Notes: generated from the sequence alone by a model not told the origin. A stretch of DNA of 64,000 nucleotides from Mycobacteriales bacterium (GCA_035695045.1 DASSEX010000081.1:9881-73880), one strand, 5' to 3'. Counted from the first letter of the stretch, positions 28,584-37,835 are shown. A program made the numbers and translations.

Positions 28584-31415
28584 CTAACCGTTCGGCTGGG
28601 AGGCGGCGATCGTCGCGAGCGCCGCCTCCAGCAGCCGCTCCTGCCGCTCGTACTCCGCCCGGTTGTTCGCGGCCAGCGCAGCCTGGGCGCGCGCCTGGGC
28701 CTGCTGAGCGGCGGCGACAGCCTGGGCCAGTCGGGCGGACGGCGTCGACCCGTTGCCGACGGCGTCGGCCAGGGCGAGGTCGAGTGTCGGCTCGAACGCG
28801 ATCGTGCCACCGCGCGCCACGACGACGCGACGCAGGATCGGGAAGGACGTGCCGCCCGCGGCGCGGGAGTAGATCGGTTCGACCCAGATGACGTCACCGT
28901 CGACCGGGATCGGCTGCAGGTTGCCCAGGACGACTCGGGAGCCGCCGCCTCGCAACAGTGTCAGCTGCTGGGCCACGCCGGGATCCGACTCGATGTCGTT
29001 GCGGATCTGGCCCGGTCCCTCGACGCCCGCCGGAAGGGTCTGCAGCTGCATCCGGCCGTAGCCAGGCCCCGGATCCGAGCCGACCGAGAGGTAGGCCGTC
29101 ATGGTGCGTCCGTTCAGAGAAACGAACGACGTCGTGAGTGCCAGCTGCGTGCCGCCGGCGCCGGGAAGGCGTAGGTAGTAGGACGGCTGCGCGGCCGACC
29201 CCTTCATCGTCGGGTCGGACGGCACCAGCCAGAAGTCACTGCCGTTGTAGAACGAGCGCGGGTCGGTGACGTGGTAGCGCGCAAGCATCGTGCGCTGCAC
29301 GTTGAACAGGTCGCGCGGGTAGCGCAGATGCGCACGTACGTCGGAGGGGAGGGCAGCCGCCGGCCGGACCAGTCCCGGGAACGCCTTCATCCACGTCGCA
29401 AGAACGGGGTCGCGCCCGAGGCCGGTCTCGGTGTCCCACCGGTAGAGGTGCACGGTGCCGTCGTACGCGTCGACCGTCGCCTTCACCGAGTTGCGGATGT
29501 AGTTGATGCTCTGGTTCGACTGCGCCGACGACGAGCCGTTCGTGACATAGGTGTCCGACGCCGCCGCGGCAAGGTTCTGCTGCTGCGAGTAGGGCACCGA
29601 GTTGGCCGTGGTGTAACCGTCGACCACCCACAGCACCCGCCCGCCGGCTACGACGGGGTACGCCGCCCCGTCGACGGTGAGCCAGGGGGCGACCTGCTGC
29701 ACGCGCTGCCGCGGGTCGCGGATAGAGAGCAGGCGCGAATACTTGTTGATGCCCTTGGAGAACAGGATGTTCTTGTCGCCGAGCTGCCAGGCGAAGGCGA
29801 GGCGTCGCCAGAACGAGCCGATCCGGACACCGCCGAGTCCGTGGTAGGTGTTGGTGACCTGGCCGCTTCCGGTGGCCGGCCGGTCGAACTCGTGCGGCCG
29901 CGCACCGGGCGGAGCGCCGACGATGGAGTACGACGGCGAGCTCTGCCCGAAGTAGATGCGCGGTTCGTAGCTGCCGAGGCCTCCCGTGGGGGGGATGTCC
30001 GACTCCACGAAGTTGGGTGTTCCGCCGCGGAGATCATCGACAGGCGCAGCGACAACGCCGTAGCCATGCGTGTAGACGAGGTGCAGGTTGCTCCAGGTGC
30101 GCTGACCACTGGGCAGTCCGGACGGGTTCAGCTCACGCACAGCCAGCGCGACGTCACGCGTGGCACCACCCAGCGGGTAGCGGTCCGTGTCCAGTGTCGA
30201 CTTGAACCCGTAGAAGGCACGGACCTGCTGCAGCTGGGTGAACGTCGGCGACATCTGGTTGGGGTCGAGCAGCTGCGGCTGTGCCGCGGCCACCGCCGCC
30301 GACACCGCCGCTCCGGACATCTGCTGCGGAGACGCGGCCGCGCCCGTGGTGACGGTGTCCGACCCGATGCCGTAGCCGTATCTGGTCGCCACCAGGTCGC
30401 GGGCGATGGACAGCGCTTCGGCGTCCTGGGCGTCCGGCTTGACGTGATAGGTCTGCACGACCCAGGGCACGACCCCACCGAGCACCACGCCGCTGAGCGC
30501 CAGCGTCACGACCCCCGCGGCCGTCACCTTCCAGCTGCGGAAGGCGGCGTTGATGAAGAACAGCACCGCGAGGATGACGGCGATGACCAGCAGGATCAGC
30601 TTCGAAGGCAGCACGGCATGGATGTCGGTGTACGACGGGCCGGTGACGACGCCGCGGTTGGAGACCGCTGTCGCCAGGCGGTCGAGCCAGTAGCCGAACG
30701 CCTTCAGCAGTGCGAGAGCGCCGAGCAGCAGGCACAGGTGGACGCGCATCTCGGCGCGCAGCCGCGGCCGTTGACCACGTGGTCGAAAGCCGCCGTTGAG
30801 GTAACCCATCACCCCCAGGAGCACCAGGCACAGCAGCACGATGGTGAACACCGCACCGAGCGCGAAGCGATGCATCGGGTAGACGAACACGTAGTAGGAG
30901 TAGTCGCGGTGGAACTGCGGGTCCTTGACTCCGAACGACGTCGCGTTGCGCCATTGCAGCCACAGCGGCCACTGCCGGGCTGCCCGGGACCCCAGCCATA
31001 TGCCGGCGACCAGGGCTGCGACGACCGTCACCAGGTGCCGGCGCGGGTAGACCAGCCGCCCGTAGCGAAGGCGCACCGAGAACCGCGTCGTCGGGGCGTC
31101 GCCGCCGTACGGTGTGTGCCGGTGCAGCGCGAAGAGGTTCACCGCGACGGCCAACGCGGTCGCCCCGCCGAAGACGGCGAACATCACGATCTGCGTCAGC
31201 AGCCGCCGTGAGTAGACCGACGACTCGTGCAACGAGCCGAACCACAGCCAGTTGGTGTAGAGCGAAACCACCGTGTTGACGACGGCGTACAGGACCGCGA
31301 CGACGACGACGAGCACGAAGAGCGGGCGGACCTTGCGCAACGTCGCCCGGATCGGGGCCTTGGGCCGGACCGGCGCCTCCACCTCACGGCTCTCGGATGG
31401 TGCGGCGGTCCTCAC
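28584..31415 (-). CDS. UPF0182 family large membrane protein
   Basis: 943 aa. The N-terminal TM bundle carries the family hallmark YTNWLWFGSLHESSVYSRRLLTQIVMF, followed by a large Gly/Tyr/Trp-rich extracytoplasmic domain. From memory it matches the mycobacterial Rv3193c-type UPF0182 proteins. Confidence 0.7.
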   Translation of the reverse strand: MRTAAPSESREVEAPVRPKAPIRATLRKVRPLFVLVVVVAVLYAVVNTVVSLYTNWLWFGSLHESSVYSRRLLTQIVMFAVFGGATALAVAVNLFALHRHTPYGGDAPTTRFSVRLRYGRLVYPRRHLVTVVAALVAGIWLGSRAARQWPLWLQWRNATSFGVKDPQFHRDYSYYVFVYPMHRFALGAVFTIVLLCLVLLGVMGYLNGGFRPRGQRPRLRAEMRVHLCLLLGALALLKAFGYWLDRLATAVSNRGVVTGPSYTDIHAVLPSKLILLVIAVILAVLFFINAAFRSWKVTAAGVVTLALSGVVLGGVVPWVVQTYHVKPDAQDAEALSIARDLVATRYGYGIGSDTVTTGAAASPQQMSGAAVSAAVAAAQPQLLDPNQMSPTFTQLQQVRAFYGFKSTLDTDRYPLGGATRDVALAVRELNPSGLPSGQRTWSNLHLVYTHGYGVVAAPVDDLRGGTPNFVESDIPPTGGLGSYEPRIYFGQSSPSYSIVGAPPGARPHEFDRPATGSGQVTNTYHGLGGVRIGSFWRRLAFAWQLGDKNILFSKGINKYSRLLSIRDPRQRVQQVAPWLTVDGAAYPVVAGGRVLWVVDGYTTANSVPYSQQQNLAAAASDTYVTNGSSSAQSNQSINYIRNSVKATVDAYDGTVHLYRWDTETGLGRDPVLATWMKAFPGLVRPAAALPSDVRAHLRYPRDLFNVQRTMLARYHVTDPRSFYNGSDFWLVPSDPTMKGSAAQPSYYLRLPGAGGTQLALTTSFVSLNGRTMTAYLSVGSDPGPGYGRMQLQTLPAGVEGPGQIRNDIESDPGVAQQLTLLRGGGSRVVLGNLQPIPVDGDVIWVEPIYSRAAGGTSFPILRRVVVARGGTIAFEPTLDLALADAVGNGSTPSARLAQAVAAAQQAQARAQAALAANNRAEYERQERLLEAALATIAASQPNG

Positions 31416-32179
31416 GGCTTGTCCTCTTCCTCGTCGTCGTCCACGTCGGTGTCCGCGCGATAGTGCTCGAGCACGTCGTCCATCGGGCCGTCCGCGACCT
31501 TGCGCCCGCCCTTGAGGTAGATGCCGCGTTCACAGAACCGCCGCAGGTCGTTCTCGTTGTGCGACACCATCACGACCGTGCGACCTTGGCTGAGGAGGTA
31601 CTCCATCACACGGTAGGACTTGCGTTTGAACCGTCGGTCACCGACGGCCATGACCTCGTCGACCAGCAGGATCGGCTCCTCCAGCCGGGTGACGACCGAG
31701 AAGCCGAGTCGCGACTTCATGCCGCTCGAATAGTGTCGGAGCGGCGTGTTCATGAAGCCTTCCAGCTCCGCCCACTTGACGATGCGGTTGTACTTCGCGT
31801 CGATCTGCCGCCGCGAGAACCCGTGCAGGGATCCGAGCAGGTAGACGTTGTCACGGCCGGTCAGCTCCGCGTTGAAACCCGCGTTGAGCTCGAGCATGGC
31901 GCCGACGCCACCGTTGACCCACACCTCGCCCTCGTCCGGCATCAACACGCCGGCGATCAACCGGAGGAGCGTGCTCTTGCCGGATCCGTTGCGGCCGATG
32001 AGTCCGACGGCCTCCCCCTGACGGACGCTGAACGAGACGTTCCTCAGCGCCCAGAACGTGTTCGGAGCGGTGATCGTGGCCTTACGGACGACGAAGTCCT
32101 GCAGCTTGAGCCGCCGCCGCCGGGTGACGGCGAAGTTGATCCCGACGTTCGACACGTTGATGACGTCCGGCACGCTCAC
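31412..32179 (-). CDS. tagH: ABC transporter ATP-binding protein, TagH/Wzt-like (glycopolymer export)
   Basis: 255 aa from the GTG overlapping the permease stop (GTGA). Contains Walker A GRNGSGKST, the ABC signature YSSGMKSRL and Walker B ILLVDE. Confidence 0.85.
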   Translation of the reverse strand: MSVPDVINVSNVGINFAVTRRRRLKLQDFVVRKATITAPNTFWALRNVSFSVRQGEAVGLIGRNGSGKSTLLRLIAGVLMPDEGEVWVNGGVGAMLELNAGFNAELTGRDNVYLLGSLHGFSRRQIDAKYNRIVKWAELEGFMNTPLRHYSSGMKSRLGFSVVTRLEEPILLVDEVMAVGDRRFKRKSYRVMEYLLSQGRTVVMVSHNENDLRRFCERGIYLKGGRKVADGPMDDVLEHYRADTDVDDDEEEDKP

Positions 32180-33048
32180 AGCTCCTTGAGCACGTGCCGC
32201 TCGAGCGTGATGAACGTCCACCAGCCGACGACGAAGAACAGGATCGCACCGACGCACGACACGAGGAACTGCGTCAGAAGGGTCCCCGCCGGGATCATGT
32301 TCGGGTACCAGACCGCGCGGTTGAGCTGCAGGATGCCGACGAGCGGGTTGAGCTGGTAGATCAGCGCCAACTTTCCGTGCAGCCGGCTCGACGGGTAGAG
32401 CACGGGCGACAGGTAGAACATCACCCGCAGCACCACGCGCAGGATCTTGGACACGTCGCGCAACAGCGCGTTCAGCGACGCGAGCATCAGTCCGAGGCCG
32501 ACGACGAGAAGCACCTCGACGAGGAACGCGAGCGGCAGCCACACGATGTAGCGACTGGGAAACTGGCCGTACAGCACACCCACGAGAAACACCACGGGGA
32601 GGCTGAGGAGGTACTCCGCCCCCTGCTCGCCGACGGACGCGAGCGGATAGATCTCCCTCGGCAACGTGACGGTGCGCACCAGGCCGGCGTTGCTGCGCAG
32701 CGAACCGGCCGCCTGCGACAGCGTGCCGTTGAAGAACAGCCACGGCATGATCGCCGAGGCGATGAACAGCGGGTAGTGCGGCATGCCGAACCGAGCGACC
32801 CGCCCGAAGATCAGCCAGTAGACGGCGACGAGCAGCGTCGGCTCGAGAAGCGACCAGGCGTAGCCCAGGAAGGACTCGCGGTACTGCACCTTGAGACCGC
32901 GCGCGATGAGCTCATAGAGGACGTTGGAGCGCCGCCGGATCTGGTTGATCCGCGCGACCGGGCTGCCACCCAGCAGCCGACCACGTTCGTAGTCCCACCA
33001 GACGCGCCACTCGTTGAGGAGCCCGGGCGGCTGCTCGACCTGCGTCAA
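32176..33048 (-). CDS. tagG: ABC-2 type transporter permease, TagG/Wzm-like
   Basis: 290 aa with 6 TM helices; ABC-2 family layout, immediately upstream of the ATPase. Confidence 0.85.
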   Translation of the reverse strand: MTQVEQPPGLLNEWRVWWDYERGRLLGGSPVARINQIRRRSNVLYELIARGLKVQYRESFLGYAWSLLEPTLLVAVYWLIFGRVARFGMPHYPLFIASAIMPWLFFNGTLSQAAGSLRSNAGLVRTVTLPREIYPLASVGEQGAEYLLSLPVVFLVGVLYGQFPSRYIVWLPLAFLVEVLLVVGLGLMLASLNALLRDVSKILRVVLRVMFYLSPVLYPSSRLHGKLALIYQLNPLVGILQLNRAVWYPNMIPAGTLLTQFLVSCVGAILFFVVGWWTFITLERHVLKEL

Positions 33049-33104
33049 CGGGTGTTCCTCACGATGGGCGTGCGGCCAGAAGGCCGCTGGGATGCACGGA
33101 AAGA

Positions 33105-34292
33105 CTACCGTTCGGCCGCGTGCCGCCCCGGTAGCGCAAGCACGTCCGGACCGAGGTCCGCGAGGCTGCGGCAGCCCGCCAGAGCCATCGTCAGGTCGAG
33201 CTCTGCGAGCAGGCTGCGCAGGACGTGACGCACGCCGTCCTCGCCACCGAGCCCCAGGCCGTAGACGTACGGCCGCCCGATGAGCACCGCCTGGGCCCCG
33301 AGGGCGAGCGCCTTCACGACGTCGCTGCCGGTGCGCACGCCCGAGTCGAGCAGAACGGCCATCCGGTCACCGACGGCCGACACGACCCCCGGCAGCGCGT
33401 CGAGCGACGCGATCTCGCCGTCGATCTGGCGACCGCCGTGGTTGCTCACGATGACGCCGTCCATGCCCGCATCGGCCGCGCGGCGAGCGTCGTCGGGGTG
33501 CAGCACGCCCTTCAGCACGATCGGGCCGTCCCACTGCTCGCGGAGCCAGACGAGGTCGTCCCAGCTCTTCGTCGGGTCGCCGAACATCGTCAGCCACCTC
33601 AACACTGAGGCGCCGGGGTCCTCCTCGGGCGACTTCTCCAGGCCGGCCAGGAAGGCGGGGTCCGACTCGTAGTTGGCGAGCCCCATCCGCTGCAGGAACG
33701 GCAGGTACGCCGCGCTGAGATCACGGGGCCGCCACGCGAGGATGAAGGTGTCGAGGGTGACGACGAGTGCGCTGAACCCGGCCCCTTTCGCCCGGCCGAT
33801 GAACGAGGACGCCACGTCGCGGTCGCGCGGCCAGTAGAGCTGGAACCATCGGGGCGAGTCACCCCCGGCCTCGGCCACCTCCTCCATCCGGTACGACGAC
33901 ACCGTCGACAGCACCATCGGGATCCGCAGGCTCGCCGCGGCTCGGGCGACGGCGAGCTCGGCCTCGTCGTGCACGATTCCCTGCACACCGACCGGCGCGA
34001 GAGCGAGCGGCGCAGGGAAGGTCGTCCCGAGAACCGTCGTGGACAGGTCACGGGTCGAGACGTCGCGCAGGAAGCGCGGGACGATCCGCCATCGGTCGAA
34101 CGCGGCGCGGTTCTCCCGAGCCGTCCCCTCGGTGCCCGCACTGCCGGCGACGTAGCCGTAGGGCTCCGGCGCGAAACGCTCGCGCGCGAGCTCCTCCAGC
34201 TGCCCCGGCTCGCACGGCAGCGACGGAAGGACGCCGCCGAGGCCGTTGAGGTAGATCTCGTTCTGGTAGTTCGCGAACGGCTGCTCAGTCAC
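33105..34292 (-). CDS. FMN-dependent alpha-hydroxy-acid dehydrogenase/oxidase (lactate 2-monooxygenase-like)
   Basis: 395 aa. Contains the FMN_dh motifs VLSTVSS...KGVLHPDDARRAADAGMDGVIVSNHGGRQ. Confidence 0.85.
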   Translation of the reverse strand: MTEQPFANYQNEIYLNGLGGVLPSLPCEPGQLEELARERFAPEPYGYVAGSAGTEGTARENRAAFDRWRIVPRFLRDVSTRDLSTTVLGTTFPAPLALAPVGVQGIVHDEAELAVARAAASLRIPMVLSTVSSYRMEEVAEAGGDSPRWFQLYWPRDRDVASSFIGRAKGAGFSALVVTLDTFILAWRPRDLSAAYLPFLQRMGLANYESDPAFLAGLEKSPEEDPGASVLRWLTMFGDPTKSWDDLVWLREQWDGPIVLKGVLHPDDARRAADAGMDGVIVSNHGGRQIDGEIASLDALPGVVSAVGDRMAVLLDSGVRTGSDVVKALALGAQAVLIGRPYVYGLGLGGEDGVRHVLRSLLAELDLTMALAGCRSLADLGPDVLALPGRHAAER

Positions 34293-34375
34293 CGGCGGAG
34301 CATCGCATGTCCCCGGGGGCCGCCGCCGCGTACGCAGCGCGTCGGCGCCATCGGCCGCCCCCGTAGAGTGCTCGC

Positions 34376-36121
34376 GTGCGCAAGGTCCTCATCGCCAACC
34401 GCGGCGAGATCGCGGTGCGCGTCATCCGCGCCTGCCGCGACGCCGGCCTCGGCAGCGTCGCCATCTACGCAGACCCCGACCTGGACGCAGTCCACGCCCG
34501 CCTCGCCGACGAGGCCTATGCACTCGGCGGCGCGACGCCGGGCGAGACCTACCTCGACATCGCGAAGATCCTCGACGTGGCCCGGCGTTCGGGAGCGGAC
34601 GCGGTCCATCCCGGCTACGGCTTCCTCGCCGAGAACGCGGCGTTCGCGAGCGCGGTCATCGACGCCGGGCTCATCTGGATCGGACCCCCGCCCGAGGCGA
34701 TCGAGGCACTCGGCGACAAGGTCAAGGCGCGGCACATCGCGCAGGATGTCGGCGCTCCCCTCGCTCCCGGCACCGCTGACCCCGTCGACGGTGTCGACGA
34801 GGTGCTCGCCTTCGTCGACGAGCACGGACTGCCGGTCGCGATCAAAGCCGCCTTCGGTGGCGGCGGACGCGGCCTGAAGGTCGCGCGCGAGCGCGACGAG
34901 ATTCCCGAGCTCTACGACAGCGCGGTCCGTGAAGCCGTCGCTGCGTTCGGCCGGGGTGAGTGCTTCGTCGAGCGCTACCTCGATCGCCCACGTCACGTCG
35001 AGACGCAGATCATCGCCGACCAGCACGGCACCGTCGTCGTTGTCGGCACCCGCGACTGCTCGCTGCAGCGCCGGCACCAGAAGGTCGTGGAGGAAGCACC
35101 TGCGCCCTTCCTCACCGACGAGCAGCTCCAGCGGCTCTACGAGTCGTCGAAAGCGATCGCCCGGGCCGCGGGCTATGTCGGCGCCGGCACGTGCGAGTTC
35201 CTCGTCAGCCAGGACGGCGTCGTGTCCTTCCTCGAGGTCAACACACGGCTGCAGGTCGAGCACCCCGTCACGGAAGAGACCAGCGGGGTCGATCTCGTCC
35301 GCGCGCAGTTCGCCATCGCCGACGGGCAGCGACTGAAGGGCGTCGACCCGGCGCCGCGTGGCCACTCGATCGAGTTCCGTATCAACGCCGAGGATCCGGG
35401 CCGTAACTTCCTGCCCGCTCCGGGGCAGATCACGTCACTGCGACTGCCGCACGGGCCGGGCGTGCGCGTCGACGCCGGTTACGTCGAGGGCGACGTCGTA
35501 CCCGGCGGCTTCGACTCGCTGCTCGCGAAGCTCGTCGTCACCGGATCCTCACGGCAGCAGGCGATCGAGCGCTCGCGTCGCGCGCTGGCCGAGTTCGAGG
35601 TCGGCGGCATGCCGACGCTGCTGCCGTTCCACCGCGCCGTACTGGACGATCCCGCGTTCATCAGCGAGCCGTTCTCGATTCACACGAGGTGGATCGAGAC
35701 CGAGTGGCAAGGGGGCATCGAGCCCTACACGCCTACTGCGGACCCCGCCGACCCTGCGGCCGAGCGCGAGCTGATCACCGTCGAGGTCGGCGGGCGCCGG
35801 CTCGAGGTCGTGCTGCCTGACGGGCTCGCACGCTCGGGCGGTACGTCGTCCGGCCGCAAGCCGCCGTCGCACGCACGCAAGGGCGGCGGCGCCTCCGCGG
35901 TGTCCGGCGACACCCTCACGGCTCCGATGCAGGGAACCATCGTCAAGGTCGCCGTCGAGGACGGGCAGCAGGTGGGCGAGGGCGATCTCGTCGTCGTCCT
36001 CGAGGCGATGAAGATGGAACAGCCGATCGCCGCGCACAAGGCCGGAACGATCAGCGGTCTGACCGCCGAGGTCGGCGCCCCGGTGCAGTCGGGCTCGCCG
36101 ATCTGCACCATCGCCGACTAA
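34376..36121 (+). CDS. accA3: acetyl/propionyl-CoA carboxylase alpha subunit (biotin carboxylase + BCCP)
   Basis: 581 aa. Starts [19 protein letters not shown] and carries the ATP-grasp biotin carboxylase core. The C-terminal biotinyl domain has the EAMKME biotinylation motif. Confidence 0.95.
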   Translation: MRKVLIANRGEIAVRVIRACRDAGLGSVAIYADPDLDAVHARLADEAYALGGATPGETYLDIAKILDVARRSGADAVHPGYGFLAENAAFASAVIDAGLIWIGPPPEAIEALGDKVKARHIAQDVGAPLAPGTADPVDGVDEVLAFVDEHGLPVAIKAAFGGGGRGLKVARERDEIPELYDSAVREAVAAFGRGECFVERYLDRPRHVETQIIADQHGTVVVVGTRDCSLQRRHQKVVEEAPAPFLTDEQLQRLYESSKAIARAAGYVGAGTCEFLVSQDGVVSFLEVNTRLQVEHPVTEETSGVDLVRAQFAIADGQRLKGVDPAPRGHSIEFRINAEDPGRNFLPAPGQITSLRLPHGPGVRVDAGYVEGDVVPGGFDSLLAKLVVTGSSRQQAIERSRRALAEFEVGGMPTLLPFHRAVLDDPAFISEPFSIHTRWIETEWQGGIEPYTPTADPADPAAERELITVEVGGRRLEVVLPDGLARSGGTSSGRKPPSHARKGGGASAVSGDTLTAPMQGTIVKVAVEDGQQVGEGDLVVVLEAMKMEQPIAAHKAGTISGLTAEVGAPVQSGSPICTIAD

Positions 36122-36333
36122 GCGAGGCTGCTCGCGGCTCCTGCCGCATCGGGGTGAGACGTCACTCACTTTCCCGCTGCCTTGTCCGCATTTGTCCGTC
36201 TACCCGGCGGTAGGCCCGCGTTCCGCCGTGACCGTGGCGATACGTGCGGGCATCGACTCACTACGGCAGGTGCAGGGCGAGCGGACGACGTTCGTCACTG
36301 ACGTCCCACGGCGATCGGGAGGAGGTGATTCGG

Positions 36334-36540
36334 ATGGCTCAGCAGAAGGCCGCCAGTGAGCCCCTGCTCACCCCCGCGGAAGTCGCAGGACTCTTCGGCG
36401 TCGACAGCGCAACCGTCACCCGGTGGGCACGAGCCGGCCGGCTGACCGCCGTACGCACGCTCGGCGGCCATCGGCGCTTCCTCGAACGCGAGGTGCGCGC
36501 ACGCCTTTCCGCGTCGACGGGCCCTTTCCGTTCGATGTGA
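36334..36540 (+). CDS. bldC: BldC-like small MerR-type HTH DNA-binding protein
   Basis: 68 aa. The sequence EPLLTPAEVAGLFGVDSATVTRWARAGRLTAVRTLGGHRRF resembles Streptomyces BldC. A strong RBS GGGAGGAGG lies 7 nt upstream, after a 212-nt leader. Confidence 0.8.
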   Translation: MAQQKAASEPLLTPAEVAGLFGVDSATVTRWARAGRLTAVRTLGGHRRFLEREVRARLSASTGPFRSM

Positions 36541-36574
36541 CCCAACCCCTGACAGCTTTCTCGGAGGACACGGC

Positions 36575-37753
36575 ATGACTGGATACACCGCCCGACATCG
36601 TCAGGCGCCGCACCCGACCGGCGCGAAGCGCGCCGCCGTCGTCGTCGGGTTCGGCGCACTCGCGACCACCGCGGTCGCCGGCACCTCTGCTGCCGCAGCC
36701 TGGGCGTGCCCCAGCCAGCACGCGCACAGCGGCACCAGTGGCAGCTCCGTGACCACGCATGACCAGCGCAGGACCTCGGCCGGCGCCCAGCCCGGCGGCA
36801 CGTCCGGCGCGACCCGTGGCTCCGCACCGTCGAACCCGGACGGCGCCAGCAACGGCGGCGCGGACAAGCCCTGGGGCGCCGCCGCGGCCAACGACAACGT
36901 CGACGGCAACAACGGCTCCGGCAACGACGCCGACTGCGAGGACGACAACAACGGCGTCGGCACCCCCGGCCACTGCCGCACCGGCTTCGCCGGGCACCAG
37001 CACGACGTCGGAGGCTCGGCGCACGGGAGCGGAGAGTCTCAAGCCGCCACCGCACATGCGCGGGTCGCTGAGCGCATGCTGCTGCACTCCTCCGGTGGGA
37101 CACGCGACGTCGTCGCGGGTCTCGGTGTGGTCCATGTGACGTCGAGCGAAGCGACACCCGGAACGCTGACCGTCGTCGTGACCCGCCCGAACGGTGACAC
37201 CGCAACGGTGACCGTCGCGGCCCCGGCGAGCGGTGAGACCGTGGTGGCGCCGGTCACCATCAACGGCGTGACCGTCCTGGTGACCGTGACCGGCACGAGT
37301 GGCGGTGCAGATGTCGCTGTTTCCGCGACGCCGCACGGCCTGTCTTCCGACTCCCACGAGTCCGGCTCGGTCGGCGGTTCGGACGAGGCGGGCTCGGTCA
37401 GCCGACCCGCCGGCACCGGGGCATCGGGCGCATCGGGCGCATCGACACAGGTGCTCGGCGAGCAGGTCAGCCGCGCACTCAATGCCGCCGCATTGACGTC
37501 GTCGGCTTCGAGCCCCGCCTCCCTTGCGTCAGGCGCGTCCGCCGCGTCGCTCGCGTCCAGCGCGTCGCTCGCGTCCGGCACGACGTCCGGCGCCGCTTCG
37601 GTGTCACCGACGTCGACCCAGCTGCCGTTCACCGGCGGCCGGGACACGCCACTGCTCACGCTCATCGGCGCCGCAGGTGTCGTCACGGGCATCGGTCTCG
37701 TCCGGGCGGCGCGCCGTCGGCCGGGCACCCGGGCCGCGCACACGACGTCCTGA
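36575..37753 (+). CDS. LPXTG-anchored cell-surface protein, Ser/Ala/Gly/Thr-rich
   Basis: 392 aa with an N-terminal signal peptide. The C-terminal sorting signal is LPFTGG, a hydrophobic stretch and RRRP. The middle is low-complexity (SGASGASGAS, ASLASGASAASLASSASLASG). Confidence 0.75.
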   Translation: MTGYTARHRQAPHPTGAKRAAVVVGFGALATTAVAGTSAAAAWACPSQHAHSGTSGSSVTTHDQRRTSAGAQPGGTSGATRGSAPSNPDGASNGGADKPWGAAAANDNVDGNNGSGNDADCEDDNNGVGTPGHCRTGFAGHQHDVGGSAHGSGESQAATAHARVAERMLLHSSGGTRDVVAGLGVVHVTSSEATPGTLTVVVTRPNGDTATVTVAAPASGETVVAPVTINGVTVLVTVTGTSGGADVAVSATPHGLSSDSHESGSVGGSDEAGSVSRPAGTGASGASGASTQVLGEQVSRALNAAALTSSASSPASLASGASAASLASSASLASGTTSGAASVSPTSTQLPFTGGRDTPLLTLIGAAGVVTGIGLVRAARRRPGTRAAHTTS

Positions 37754-37778
37754 CCCGGCTGTCCACGCCACGCGCGTT

Positions 37779-37835
37779 GAGTGCGACGTTCGACCCCCTA
37801 TCAGCGCATGAGATAGGGGGTCTTTCGTCGCACTC
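37779..37835. terminator. compound hairpin between convergent genes (bidirectional terminator candidate)
   Basis: The outer stem is gagtgcgacg paired with cgtcgcactc. The inner stem is gaccccctatc, a 9-nt loop, then gatagggggtc, followed by TTT. Confidence 0.5.

Noticed and set aside
29271-31211. 646-aa plus-strand ORF antisense to UPF0182
   Set aside because: Shadow ORF. The UPF0182 frame has the family-specific N-terminal motif and TM helices.
3014-33048. Horizontally acquired genomic island / mobile element
   Set aside because: No integrase, transposase, tRNA attachment site, flanking direct repeats or GC-content discontinuity was visible. The genes are interleaved with essential housekeeping genes.
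36334-36540. Prophage excisionase (Xis) interpretation of the 68-aa HTH protein
   Set aside because: No integrase or other phage genes are nearby. The sequence matches the BldC-type chromosomal regulator pattern (EPLLTPAEVA...TVTRWA...GRL...RTLGGHRRF).
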